Source: Vulcanimicrobiales bacterium (GTDB lineage: Bacteria > Vulcanimicrobiota > Vulcanimicrobiia > Vulcanimicrobiales > Vulcanimicrobiaceae). Taken from it: DNA of 64,000 nucleotides. Location: NCBI GenBank assembly GCA_038215615.1, contig JBBQQR010000010.1, positions 9,629 to 73,628 on the forward strand, given 5' to 3'. The position numbers were made by a program, and so were the translations under genes. The notes beneath the pieces are model-generated. The model worked only from the letters and a program-made list of their open reading frames with translations, was not told the origin of the DNA and did not search any database. Positions 17,519-25,913 of the stretch are shown here, piece after piece; positions within the stretch are counted from its first letter, which is position 1; every line of letters starts with the position of its first letter.

Positions 17519-19627
17519 CTATTTGGGAGGATGTCCGGCGCCGCCTGCCACCGTCAGCCGCACGCTGCGAATGCCGACGGAGCCCGCGGCCGTTACAGGA
17601 TTCTCCGAACCCGTGCGATTGATCGCGTAGATCGCTTTGAGTGTAAGCGGCTGAGTCAATGCGGCCGGAAACCGGAATTGCACGCGCCGCCATCCCTGCC
17701 AGTCGATATGTGCGATCGTGTACATAAAGCGCTCGTTGATTGCGTTGTTCACGGCGATGCGCAGCGGTTCTCCGTTTCCGTCACCGTTAATCTCCGCGCT
17801 GATCCCGAGCACTCGCTGCGGCATGGGGATCGAAGTATTTGCGTACGCGGCGCGTTCGGTTGCGGTGAAATCGTAACTCAGTATCAGGCAATCTTTGCAC
17901 GTTGGATCCGGATCGGGAACGAGCTGCCCCGGGCCGCCGCGCGGCGCGCTTGCGAAAACCGCCGATGCAAGTGAGAGCGATTCTTCATGCTCGCCGACCA
18001 TGATGCGCTGCGCCGCGACGTAACGTCCGAGCTGTAAGGTTACCGTCGCGTCGGTTTTTCCCGCACGGAAACTTCCGGAGCTGTCGACCGTCCCGTTTTG
18101 CGCGCGCCAAGGCAATACAGCCGGCAACGCGATCGCGAAACCTTCGCGATCGAAGGCGGCGATCGAAAGGCGCACCCTTCCGCCGGCCGTCAACACCGGA
18201 TCGCGCGGAGCGATGCGTGTGCGCGCAACCGCTGTCGTGACGGCGACGGGCACGTCCAGATGAATGTCTCCGCGGCGCACTTGCAAGACGCCGGCGCCGG
18301 TCCGGTTTCCGGCGATGAATTGGCCGCCGGCGAAACTCCCTAAACTTCCCGGCTCGACGGTGACGCGAGTCGCACTCGCATCGGAAGCAGGATGGTCGGC
18401 GCGGTCAACGGTTGCGAAGCGGATCGCGACCCTCGCGCCGGGGAATGCGCGAACGGCTTGCGGCCACGCCACGACGCGCGACGGCGGACCGGCGGGTGCG
18501 TCGCTGTAGACGAACAAGCCGTCGGCGACGCTGCGCTCGGTACCGTCCGAGGGTGAGTTCACAACGCCGGCATTTTGGTTTCCCGGCAGGCGAGCGACGA
18601 TCGTCGAGCTGCCGCCGCCGTCGAATTCCATTCCCGTGCCGGCGCCAAACGCGATCATCAGCGCGGCAAGTTGCGTTTGCAGTACGCCGATGGAGAGATC
18701 GGGCTGGCGGCCATCGATTTGGAAGAAGAGCAAACGTCCGTCGTCGGTGGTCGCAACTCCCGACGCGGGCACGTGCGTTGCGAATTCACCGCCCGCCGGA
18801 CCATCCGGATCGGCATACCAGCGTCCGCTCTTCACCAGCAGCGGGCCGCCGCCGATGGCGGTTTGCACGCCCGCGAGCGTCGCGTCAGCGTTTGACGTTA
18901 TCGAGATCGCATCGCCGGGGTTGGGAAGCGGAAACGTGCCGTAGGCGATGGGGCCGATTGCCAAGTAATAACCAGCCGGCTGCGTGGCGGAGTTATCCGC
19001 GATTCCCGTCACGCGGTAGGTCGCGAACGGCGGATCGCCGCTGACGGGCTGCAATTGCAGCTCCGTGACATTGGGTGCGGGCTGCAGAACGCCGAACTCG
19101 GGGGTTATCAGCACGACGCGGCCGGGAGGCCATTCGTTGATGGTGCGAAGCGGAACGTTTGCCGTTCCGATTTGGGCCGCGGCGGCGATCGAAAATTCTG
19201 CGAAACGTGGAATTTTCTTGGTATCCACGGCAATCGCCCAACGCTGCGAAGGCATGCGTTCCAGGCGGCCGTTCTGCACGAGAATGTTCAGCGGCGCGTT
19301 GGTTTGGTTGATGTCGAAATAATCGCCGTTGACGCCTGCGACTGCGCCGCTGCGCCGAGCCATCGACGAAACCGGCTCGCCTTGCGAGACCAGGTGGTCT
19401 TGCGCGAGCATCGCTCCGACGCGAACCGTCGGTTCGGTGAGATCGATAGCGACGACGTGCACGGCGAGCGGACCATCGGCCGTCAGCATTTCATAATCGC
19501 CGTAAGCGACGCCGGGCGCAACCTCGGTGATCGTTGCCGCATCCGTGAAGATGTGCGGGAAAGGCGCGGCGGGGCGAGGCGCGTGCGGTAGCAGCGCGGC
19601 TAGCGCGATTGCAGCGATCAGTGCCAC
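17519..19627 (-). CDS. Secreted phosphodiester glycosidase (NAGPA-like) with C-terminal Ig-like and carbohydrate-binding-like domains
   Basis: GVNGDYFD, GGGPLLV, IDGRQ, FDGGGSST, NSPSDGTERSVADG; C-terminal GDGNG...IDWQGWR; signal-like N-terminus from GTG 19627. Confidence 0.8.
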   Translation of the reverse strand: MALIAAIALAALLPHAPRPAAPFPHIFTDAATITEVAPGVAYGDYEMLTADGPLAVHVVAIDLTEPTVRVGAMLAQDHLVSQGEPVSSMARRSGAVAGVNGDYFDINQTNAPLNILVQNGRLERMPSQRWAIAVDTKKIPRFAEFSIAAAAQIGTANVPLRTINEWPPGRVVLITPEFGVLQPAPNVTELQLQPVSGDPPFATYRVTGIADNSATQPAGYYLAIGPIAYGTFPLPNPGDAISITSNADATLAGVQTAIGGGPLLVKSGRWYADPDGPAGGEFATHVPASGVATTDDGRLLFFQIDGRQPDLSIGVLQTQLAALMIAFGAGTGMEFDGGGSSTIVARLPGNQNAGVVNSPSDGTERSVADGLFVYSDAPAGPPSRVVAWPQAVRAFPGARVAIRFATVDRADHPASDASATRVTVEPGSLGSFAGGQFIAGNRTGAGVLQVRRGDIHLDVPVAVTTAVARTRIAPRDPVLTAGGRVRLSIAAFDREGFAIALPAVLPWRAQNGTVDSSGSFRAGKTDATVTLQLGRYVAAQRIMVGEHEESLSLASAVFASAPRGGPGQLVPDPDPTCKDCLILSYDFTATERAAYANTSIPMPQRVLGISAEINGDGNGEPLRIAVNNAINERFMYTIAHIDWQGWRRVQFRFPAALTQPLTLKAIYAINRTGSENPVTAAGSVGIRSVRLTVAGGAGHPPK

Positions 19628-20829
19628 GTTGCGACGCTCAGGGGATAGCCGCTCGTCGGAAAAGGTGCGCCGGGCACGCGCTTCAGCGTGGCGAGCGAAA
19701 ACACATCGACCCGATCTTCGCGCGCGCACGGAACGTATAGGCGCCCGCCGGAAACGCGCGGGCGCCACGGCGTGCTGCACGTTTGCAGCGGAGCGCGTAC
19801 GGGGCGCAGCGTCGCTGCATTCAGTACGTACACGACGCTGTCGGCTTCGTCGGTAACGAAGACGCGTTTTGATTGCGGATCGAACGCCGCGCCGAGCGGA
19901 AATTTCAAATGAAGGCTCCGCGTGACGACATGCGGCGAAGCTTCATTTAATGCGATGGCGGCGACGAACCCGCCGCCGGGCGTCATCGACGGGCTCACGT
20001 TCGAGACGACGAAGAGCCGGCGGCCGCGCTCATCGAGGGCGACGCCAAATGGCCGCTCGGGCGCGGGAATGTGCTGCAACACACGCATGGCTTGCGTATC
20101 TACGGCGGCGATCGAATTGTCGTTGACGTTGCTGACATAAGCGATATGCCGGGATGAATCCAGTACGATGCCCTCGGCGGTGACGCCCGTTATGACGCGG
20201 GTCACTGACCCGTCGGGCGTTATGCGCGTCAGCGCGCCCTGCCCTTGGACGTCGCGGTCGCTCACGAAAACGTTGCCGGCGGGGTCGACGGCGACTTCGT
20301 TGCCAACGTTGACTCCGGAAATGTTTGTGATTCGCCATGGATTGCGGCCGATGCGCGTGAGCGTATCTCCGTCGGTATCCGCCGTCACGATCGAACCATC
20401 CGGAAGGAAGGCAACGTCAGCCGGCGCTCCGGCGATCGCGAAGTTTCCGAGCGGCGCGAAGGTGCGCTCGTCGTGAAGTGCGATCCCTCCGCGGTAGGTT
20501 GCGACCGCGATCACGTGCGCTGAAGTAGGCGGCGGAACCGTACGGATTGCGGCATAGGCAACAGCGCCCGAGGAAGCACCGACAATCGTCGTCCACATGG
20601 GGCGGGTCACTTGCGGCGCGACGAACGTATCGCGTTCGATCTTTCCCGGCCCCAAAATCGAAAGCGTGTACGCGCCGCTGGCGCCTTCGGCGGAAACGTG
20701 CACGCGGCTGCCGGCGAAATACGATCCCGCGGGCACGTGTAGACGAAACGTGCCAAGGCTTGGCGGCGCGCGGTGCGGCACCGTCCCCAGCAGAAAGAGA
20801 AAGGCGAGCGCGCTAACGCGCGTGAGCAT
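19618..20829 (-). CDS. Secreted YncE/YVTN-type beta-propeller protein
   Basis: Repeated blades (YVSNVNDNSIAAVD, PFGVALD, LFVVSN, VFVTDE); signal peptide from ATG 20829. Confidence 0.8.
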   Translation of the reverse strand: MLTRVSALAFLFLLGTVPHRAPPSLGTFRLHVPAGSYFAGSRVHVSAEGASGAYTLSILGPGKIERDTFVAPQVTRPMWTTIVGASSGAVAYAAIRTVPPPTSAHVIAVATYRGGIALHDERTFAPLGNFAIAGAPADVAFLPDGSIVTADTDGDTLTRIGRNPWRITNISGVNVGNEVAVDPAGNVFVSDRDVQGQGALTRITPDGSVTRVITGVTAEGIVLDSSRHIAYVSNVNDNSIAAVDTQAMRVLQHIPAPERPFGVALDERGRRLFVVSNVSPSMTPGGGFVAAIALNEASPHVVTRSLHLKFPLGAAFDPQSKRVFVTDEADSVVYVLNAATLRPVRAPLQTCSTPWRPRVSGGRLYVPCAREDRVDVFSLATLKRVPGAPFPTSGYPLSVATWH

Positions 20830-22072
20830 GCGCGCGTTCGAGTCCGGCGAGGATGTCGGTGCCGGGGGCGACAAGCGTTTGCCGCGTGCGCGCGGGGTCG
20901 AAAGTGAAACTTGCGACCTTGTAATTATCAAACGTGCCGCAAACGATCTGACCGTCGGGATCGACGGCGTACGCCCGTCCGCTCCGATCGAACACAACGA
21001 CGTACATGCGCAATTCTATCGCTCTTGCTCGCGCAAAGCGTATTTGCCAGCCGTCGTCGCTGTGTGTAATCCACGCGGCCAAGTCTACGCCGGCCAGCCT
21101 GTATGCTGCAAGCCCGCCCGGATCGAAGACGGTCTCGTCTGAGACGCAGGCGACTCGCTCGGCGGCCGTGGCCGGAGTGAGGATCGCGTCGGCTTCCAAA
21201 ATATTCAGCAGGTCGCTATCGCCCGCATACGATTCGTCCATCGAAACCGCGAGCCGCGTGGAGCGCTCGATTCGTGCCGCGCTCGAAGCCGCACGCAGGT
21301 CGCTCGCTCGCCGCGGCTGCATGGCGCCAACTTCGATTTCGGCCGAAACGATCTCGGGATTCGTTTCGGACGCCAGGCCGGCAATCGCACCATCGGCGGA
21401 AACGATCTGGCTCTTGCCGCAGTACGCGACGCACTCCAGCTCGACGCCGCACTTGTTCGCGGCTACGAACGGCACACCGTTCTCGCGCGCGCGCACGCGC
21501 GCCAGCAGATCGGCTTGGATGTTCTCCAAATTGCCAGGATCGCGGCCGCTGGTCACCCAGGCGGTAGGCATTACCAATATCTCGGCTCCGCGATCGACGA
21601 GCGCTCGGGCAATCGTCGGAATCCGGCCGTCGGCGCAAATCAGGACACCCAAGGTACCGAGCGACGTGCTAAGCGGCTTCAGCTCTTCGGCCGGCGCGAA
21701 CCACTGCCGGTCGAAGTGCCAGAGGAAGTGCTTGTCGGCGCTCCCGGCAATCTCTCCGCCCGTATCGAATACGATCGCGCTGTTGTAAACGCGGCCTTCG
21801 TGCGCGCGGGCCGCGCCCATAACGAGTACGATCTGGAGTTCGCGCGCCAGGTTGCCGCACTCGGTGAGAGCGGCTGCGATTTCGGCTTGTTCGAACGGCC
21901 GGCGCCCGAGCACGTACGCCGGCAGCGTTCCCTCCGGCAGCACGACCAGCTGCGCGCCCGACTCCGCCGAAGCGCGAATTCGCCCTGCGATTTCCGGCCA
22001 CGCCCGCGCCAGCGAAGCACGATCGTGAGCTAAGAGTTGGATCGCGCAGACCTTCACGTGGCGGCGGTTCAT
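20813..22072 (-). CDS. Carbon-nitrogen hydrolase (nitrilase family) with a degenerate second domain
   Basis: E-K-C triad: VLPEG, DKHFL, LICADG; RARENG. Confidence 0.85.
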   Translation of the reverse strand: MNRRHVKVCAIQLLAHDRASLARAWPEIAGRIRASAESGAQLVVLPEGTLPAYVLGRRPFEQAEIAAALTECGNLARELQIVLVMGAARAHEGRVYNSAIVFDTGGEIAGSADKHFLWHFDRQWFAPAEELKPLSTSLGTLGVLICADGRIPTIARALVDRGAEILVMPTAWVTSGRDPGNLENIQADLLARVRARENGVPFVAANKCGVELECVAYCGKSQIVSADGAIAGLASETNPEIVSAEIEVGAMQPRRASDLRAASSAARIERSTRLAVSMDESYAGDSDLLNILEADAILTPATAAERVACVSDETVFDPGGLAAYRLAGVDLAAWITHSDDGWQIRFARARAIELRMYVVVFDRSGRAYAVDPDGQIVCGTFDNYKVASFTFDPARTRQTLVAPGTDILAGLERAHAHAR

Positions 22073-22194
22073 GGTGCTGCAAGGGTGTTTGCAGCCGTGG
22101 CTACCCTTCCTGTTTGCTTGGAGAGGAACGTAAGCGACTAAAAGCCGGGCAAACCGCGGCCGAAGCCTTGTGTGGGGAGAAAAGGAGCGGCGCT

Positions 22195-22656
22195 ATGCGC
22201 TTACATCGCTTTCTGTTTATCCTAACAGCTTTATCTCTGTTGGCGTTTACCACGCCGCAGCCGGCATTTTCGGCGACGCATGTAGCGATGGCCAGGTTCA
22301 CGTCGCGCGTCGCGCCGGCCGATGAGTACTTCGGCCGTTTGAAAATGAGCATTCTCGGAATCCGAAACGAACTGCGCGACCTTGACCAACGCTTGACCTA
22401 CTCGCCCGACGCCGGCGCCAGTTCCCTGGGAACCGCGCTCTTCGTTGAAAACGCGATCCGCGACTGGGAAGCCAAGTACCCGGCCGACCCGTGGCTTGCA
22501 CGCAGCGTCTATCAGCTGACGCACGTGTACGCGAAGATCCATACCGCCGGCGGCCGCGAAAAAGCCGTGAACGCGCTGCACTGGCTGGTCAGCCGCTATC
22601 ACGGCTCGGCATTCTGTACTGTCGCGCAAACTGAGGTGGGAAGCGCTCTGAAGTAA
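22195..22656 (+). CDS. Hypothetical secreted helical protein (APxDEYFG family, copy 1)
   Basis: AAGGAG RBS, ATG 22195, signal peptide, APADEYFGRLKMSILGIRN and YPADPWLARS. Confidence 0.75.
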   Translation: MRLHRFLFILTALSLLAFTTPQPAFSATHVAMARFTSRVAPADEYFGRLKMSILGIRNELRDLDQRLTYSPDAGASSLGTALFVENAIRDWEAKYPADPWLARSVYQLTHVYAKIHTAGGREKAVNALHWLVSRYHGSAFCTVAQTEVGSALK

Positions 22657-22671
22657 GCGAACTGGACGCGG

Positions 22672-23544
22672 GTGATGAAGAGCCGCTCTACCGCCATATC
22701 TCTTTTAGCTGCCGCCGCGGCAGCTTGCGTTCTGGGTTCCGTAGCAGCGGCGCCGACCTCGAAACCGCCGGCGAAACCGGCCCCCAAAGGGCCTAAGCAA
22801 CCGGCGGTTTCGAAATTCAGGCAGCACCAGCTCGACATGATGAAAGTCTCCGCCCCGGGTGACGAATATTTCGGACGGCTCAAACTGAGCTACCTCGGGA
22901 TCAACAACACGTTCCGCGACGAATCCATCCGCGCCGGCGCCTACACGACCGATTCACACATTATTTCACAGGTCGATTTCGCGGAAGACGCGTTGCGTGG
23001 CTGGGCCAACCATTATCCGAAGGATCCTCAGCTCGCCCGTTCCTATTTTCTGGCTTACGCGATGTACCGCAAAGTCTGGACGCAGCCCGGCCAGACCAAG
23101 GCGTGGCAGTATTTGCACATTATCGAACAGCGCTTTCCTTCGAGCTACTACGGAAAGCTCATCAAAAAAGATCTCGTCGGATTCACCGAGCATTACTTCA
23201 TGGAGCCGCAGCCGTGCCCGTCGCCCGAGCCGACGCTCTCGCCCGGTGCCCGCCGCCCGCCGCCGACACCAAGCCCTACGCCTTCCCCGGTTCCCACGCC
23301 GACTGCAAGTCCGGCTCCCGGACAGCCGATAGTAGAAGTGCTCCCGGTTCCGTGTTACACGCCGACTCCGCCGACGCCGTCGCCAACGCCGGTACCGACA
23401 ATCAGTCCGAGCGCAGCGCCGACCGCGCTACCGAGCCCATTGCCGACGGGATTGCTGACACCGACGCCATTGCCATCGGCACATCCGTCGTTAACGCCAT
23501 CGCCGTCTCCAACGCGTACGCCGTTAGTGAAGCGAAGGCGTTAG
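22672..23544 (+). CDS. Hypothetical secreted protein (APxDEYFG family, copy 2) with a Pro/Thr/Ser-rich tail
   Basis: Signal peptide, APGDEYFGRLKLSYLGINN and YPKDPQLARS, long PTPSP tail. Confidence 0.75.
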   Translation: MMKSRSTAISLLAAAAAACVLGSVAAAPTSKPPAKPAPKGPKQPAVSKFRQHQLDMMKVSAPGDEYFGRLKLSYLGINNTFRDESIRAGAYTTDSHIISQVDFAEDALRGWANHYPKDPQLARSYFLAYAMYRKVWTQPGQTKAWQYLHIIEQRFPSSYYGKLIKKDLVGFTEHYFMEPQPCPSPEPTLSPGARRPPPTPSPTPSPVPTPTASPAPGQPIVEVLPVPCYTPTPPTPSPTPVPTISPSAAPTALPSPLPTGLLTPTPLPSAHPSLTPSPSPTRTPLVKRRR

Positions 23545-23722
23545 TCTTCAGAAACCGGTAGGCGGGAGCAAGGCCGCGGAATCTCTGACATTTTCGCCCT
23601 GCCATGGATGGCAGCTTCAAAACTTGTTTTGCGAAAATGCGGCGAAGCCGCAAAATTACATGGACGTCATTTTGCGAGCGGTTTCGCGGCCTTGCTCCCG
23701 CCTACCGGTTGCCAAGGCTAAC
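23540..23722. repeat. Structured inverted-repeat element (MITE/REP-like or sRNA)
   Basis: Perfect 26-bp inverted repeat at 23553-23578 and 23685-23710, outer 9-bp arms at 23540-23548 and 23714-23722 (1 mismatch), several internal hairpins. Confidence 0.8.
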
Positions 23723-23723
23723 A

Positions 23724-23753
23724 AAAGAGCCCCGGCTTTCGCCGGGGCTCTTT
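23724..23753. terminator. Bidirectional intrinsic terminator
   Basis: AAAGAGCCCCGGC-TTTC-GCCGGGGCTCTTT between convergent genes. Confidence 0.85.
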
Positions 23754-23775
23754 CTTATCTAAGTCTCTTACGAGA

Positions 23776-25149
23776 TTAGAACTTCAGACCTAACCCACCG
23801 TATGCACCCGTGTAGCTGTAATCTGCCGGTGCATTCTGCTTATTCCGCCCGTTGCTTCCGAGGAAGCCGAACTCGATAAACACTGGAACGTTGGGGCCGA
23901 ACGTAAACGCTCCGCCGATATCCCAGCGATAGACGTTGTACGCAAGCGTGTAAGGTCCGGGTGAAGCGCACCCAAGCGCGAGGCACCCAGTGCCGTTCCC
24001 TTGCACGTTAGGATAGTAGTAAAAGCTTCCGTACCACGTGAAGCCTTGGTCGAGGTCAGGCAGTTTCTCTACGCCGACGCCAAAGTTACCAAGTTTGGGA
24101 TATCCGTAGTTACTGGATTTCCATAGGTAACCTACGCCGATGTAGATACGCGGATCCAGAACCTTGAGCCCGATGCGTGCATCGCCCGTGTATTCGCGCG
24201 CGATAAACGCTGGAACGAAGGTCATGAAGTTTCCGCCGATCGCGGTCACGCATCCGGTGTCTCCCGGGGCTGCGCGCCCGGCCGTGCTGTTACAGATCTG
24301 GCCGGCATTCGCAGGCGTCGTATTGACGCCTTGATTGTGTGGATAGTTGAATTGCCGGTAGTCGCCTTCGATCATCCAGGGCAGGTTGATGAGATTGAAC
24401 TCCCACGCGCCATGAATGCGATATGAGAAACCACCTTGCGTGTTCGTACCGGTGTTGCCCGGGCTGAACTCGTTGTACACCTTCGGCGAAATGATGTAGT
24501 CGCCGGCGATGAAGTGGTCCATGTACGGCGGCGGCACGGGTGACGGCGTTACCACCGGCACGGGTGACGGAGCCATTGTTGCGGGCGGCGGAGGCGGCGT
24601 CGGCGGTAGGTAGCGGACTACAACAAGACGTTTGTCCGGAACCCATTGGACGTACGCGCCCATGCCCTCAGAGATGACACGGACCGGAACGACGACATGC
24701 CCTTGGTAGATCTCGGGCGGTACGTCCAGGGGACGCGTTTCGCCGTTGATCACGACCTCGGGTTTGCCGACGGTCACTTTTACGTCCGAGCCGGGCTTGG
24801 TGACGTCGACCGTCTTGGACGCAGGGTCGTACGCGACCGTTGCACCCATTTGCTCGAACATCGAACGTAACGGAATGAGAATGGTACCACCACGCACGAG
24901 CGCTGCCAGTACGCGGCCCTGTTTGAGCTCGTCCGGTTTTGCGTAGACGTGATGATCGTTATAGAGAATCGGAATTTGGCCGGACGGCGGGGAACCGAAG
25001 TTCATCGGCGGCGGAGCCGGGCTAGCCTGTGCGACCACGTTTGTTCCTAAGTTTCCATGCGATCCAGGCTGCGACGGAGCTGCCACCGCGCTAAGTCCCA
25101 AGCCGGCCGTTAACAACGCGGCGAGGACTCCGGTGCTCAGTCGTTTCAA
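23776..25149 (-). CDS. Copper-amine-oxidase N-terminal (stalk) domain protein with a predicted C-terminal outer-membrane beta-barrel
   Basis: AGGAGG RBS plus TTG; signal peptide; LIPLRSMFEQMGATVAYD and VVPVRVISEGMGAYVQW repeats; Pro-rich linker; aromatic-rich amphipathic strands ending GLGLKF. Confidence 0.8.
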   Translation of the reverse strand: MKRLSTGVLAALLTAGLGLSAVAAPSQPGSHGNLGTNVVAQASPAPPPMNFGSPPSGQIPILYNDHHVYAKPDELKQGRVLAALVRGGTILIPLRSMFEQMGATVAYDPASKTVDVTKPGSDVKVTVGKPEVVINGETRPLDVPPEIYQGHVVVPVRVISEGMGAYVQWVPDKRLVVVRYLPPTPPPPPATMAPSPVPVVTPSPVPPPYMDHFIAGDYIISPKVYNEFSPGNTGTNTQGGFSYRIHGAWEFNLINLPWMIEGDYRQFNYPHNQGVNTTPANAGQICNSTAGRAAPGDTGCVTAIGGNFMTFVPAFIAREYTGDARIGLKVLDPRIYIGVGYLWKSSNYGYPKLGNFGVGVEKLPDLDQGFTWYGSFYYYPNVQGNGTGCLALGCASPGPYTLAYNVYRWDIGGAFTFGPNVPVFIEFGFLGSNGRNKQNAPADYSYTGAYGGLGLKF

Positions 25150-25389
25150 GATTTCCTCCTAGCTAGAATGAGGAGCTCGGTTTGCCTGGGCTGGCGCGGT
25201 TTTATCCGTACCTCCTGCCGCGAACCAAGCGTGGGTTTCGTCGCAGGGTTACCCAAGTGCAAGCAAAGCTAATCGTTTCAGGGGGCCGGGTTGCCCCCCC
25301 TTCAGTATAAGCGAGTACGGGCTTGCTGGTCGGCTACCTTTAACGCCGACCCCGCCCGGGGCCCGGTCCCTTTGTTTATAAAGGTAGCG

Positions 25390-25785
25390 TTAAGTGAGCT
25401 TCTCTTCAAGCTTTGAGCGAAATTTTGTTCGATCCATGACGTACCGCTCGTGGGTTCCCTCGGCCACAGCCTCCTGTTCGTCGAAGACCCGGACCGAAAA
25501 ACTGACCCGGGGGCCGTCGACCAGCACCACCTCCACCTCGGTCCTTAAGATGAACCCGACCGGGACGGGGGACTTGTGCTCGAGGTCAATATGGGTGGCC
25601 AGGCTTACCTGGTTCTCTCCCAGCGTGGGAGCCAGGCAGGCCATGGCGGCGTCTTCGACCAGCTGAACCATGGTTGGGGTCGAAAGGGCGTCGACGCCCT
25701 TATTGCCGGCCTTTTCTGCGGTCATCCACTCTTCGACACGGCTCTGCCTGCTGTACGTGCGGCCGATCTCGAGTTTGGCGCCCAT
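25390..25785 (-). CDS. Hotdog-fold thioesterase (FlK-like)
   Basis: LSTPTMVQLVE, HIDLEHKSPVPVG, EGTHER. Confidence 0.85.
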   Translation of the reverse strand: MGAKLEIGRTYSRQSRVEEWMTAEKAGNKGVDALSTPTMVQLVEDAAMACLAPTLGENQVSLATHIDLEHKSPVPVGFILRTEVEVVLVDGPRVSFSVRVFDEQEAVAEGTHERYVMDRTKFRSKLEEKLT

Positions 25786-25913
25786 GGCTAGGATGTTGTA
25801 CCACGCAAAGCCTCCGGCTCCCCGGTCCCGGCAACGGGAGGAAGGGCAGACGGTTTTAAGGTGCGATACGTACTCTTTGAATCAAACCACTACGATCTCC
25901 GTATAAAAGAAGA

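Noticed and set aside
22140..22180. GGGCAAACC upstream of the APxDEYFG gene, reminiscent of a c-di-GMP-I riboswitch 5' end
   Set aside because: No GAAA-capped stem or following GCAAAG segment; too short to support.
23553..23710. Reading the 26-bp inverted repeat as a simple terminator or an autonomous IS
   Set aside because: The 106-nt interior is multi-branched, a separate canonical terminator follows, and there is no transposase ORF or target-site duplication.
25803..25850. ACGCAAAGCCTCCGGC resembles part of a c-di-GMP-I riboswitch
   Set aside because: The required upstream GGCAAACC...GAAA stem is absent; that position is occupied by the divergent thioesterase start region.
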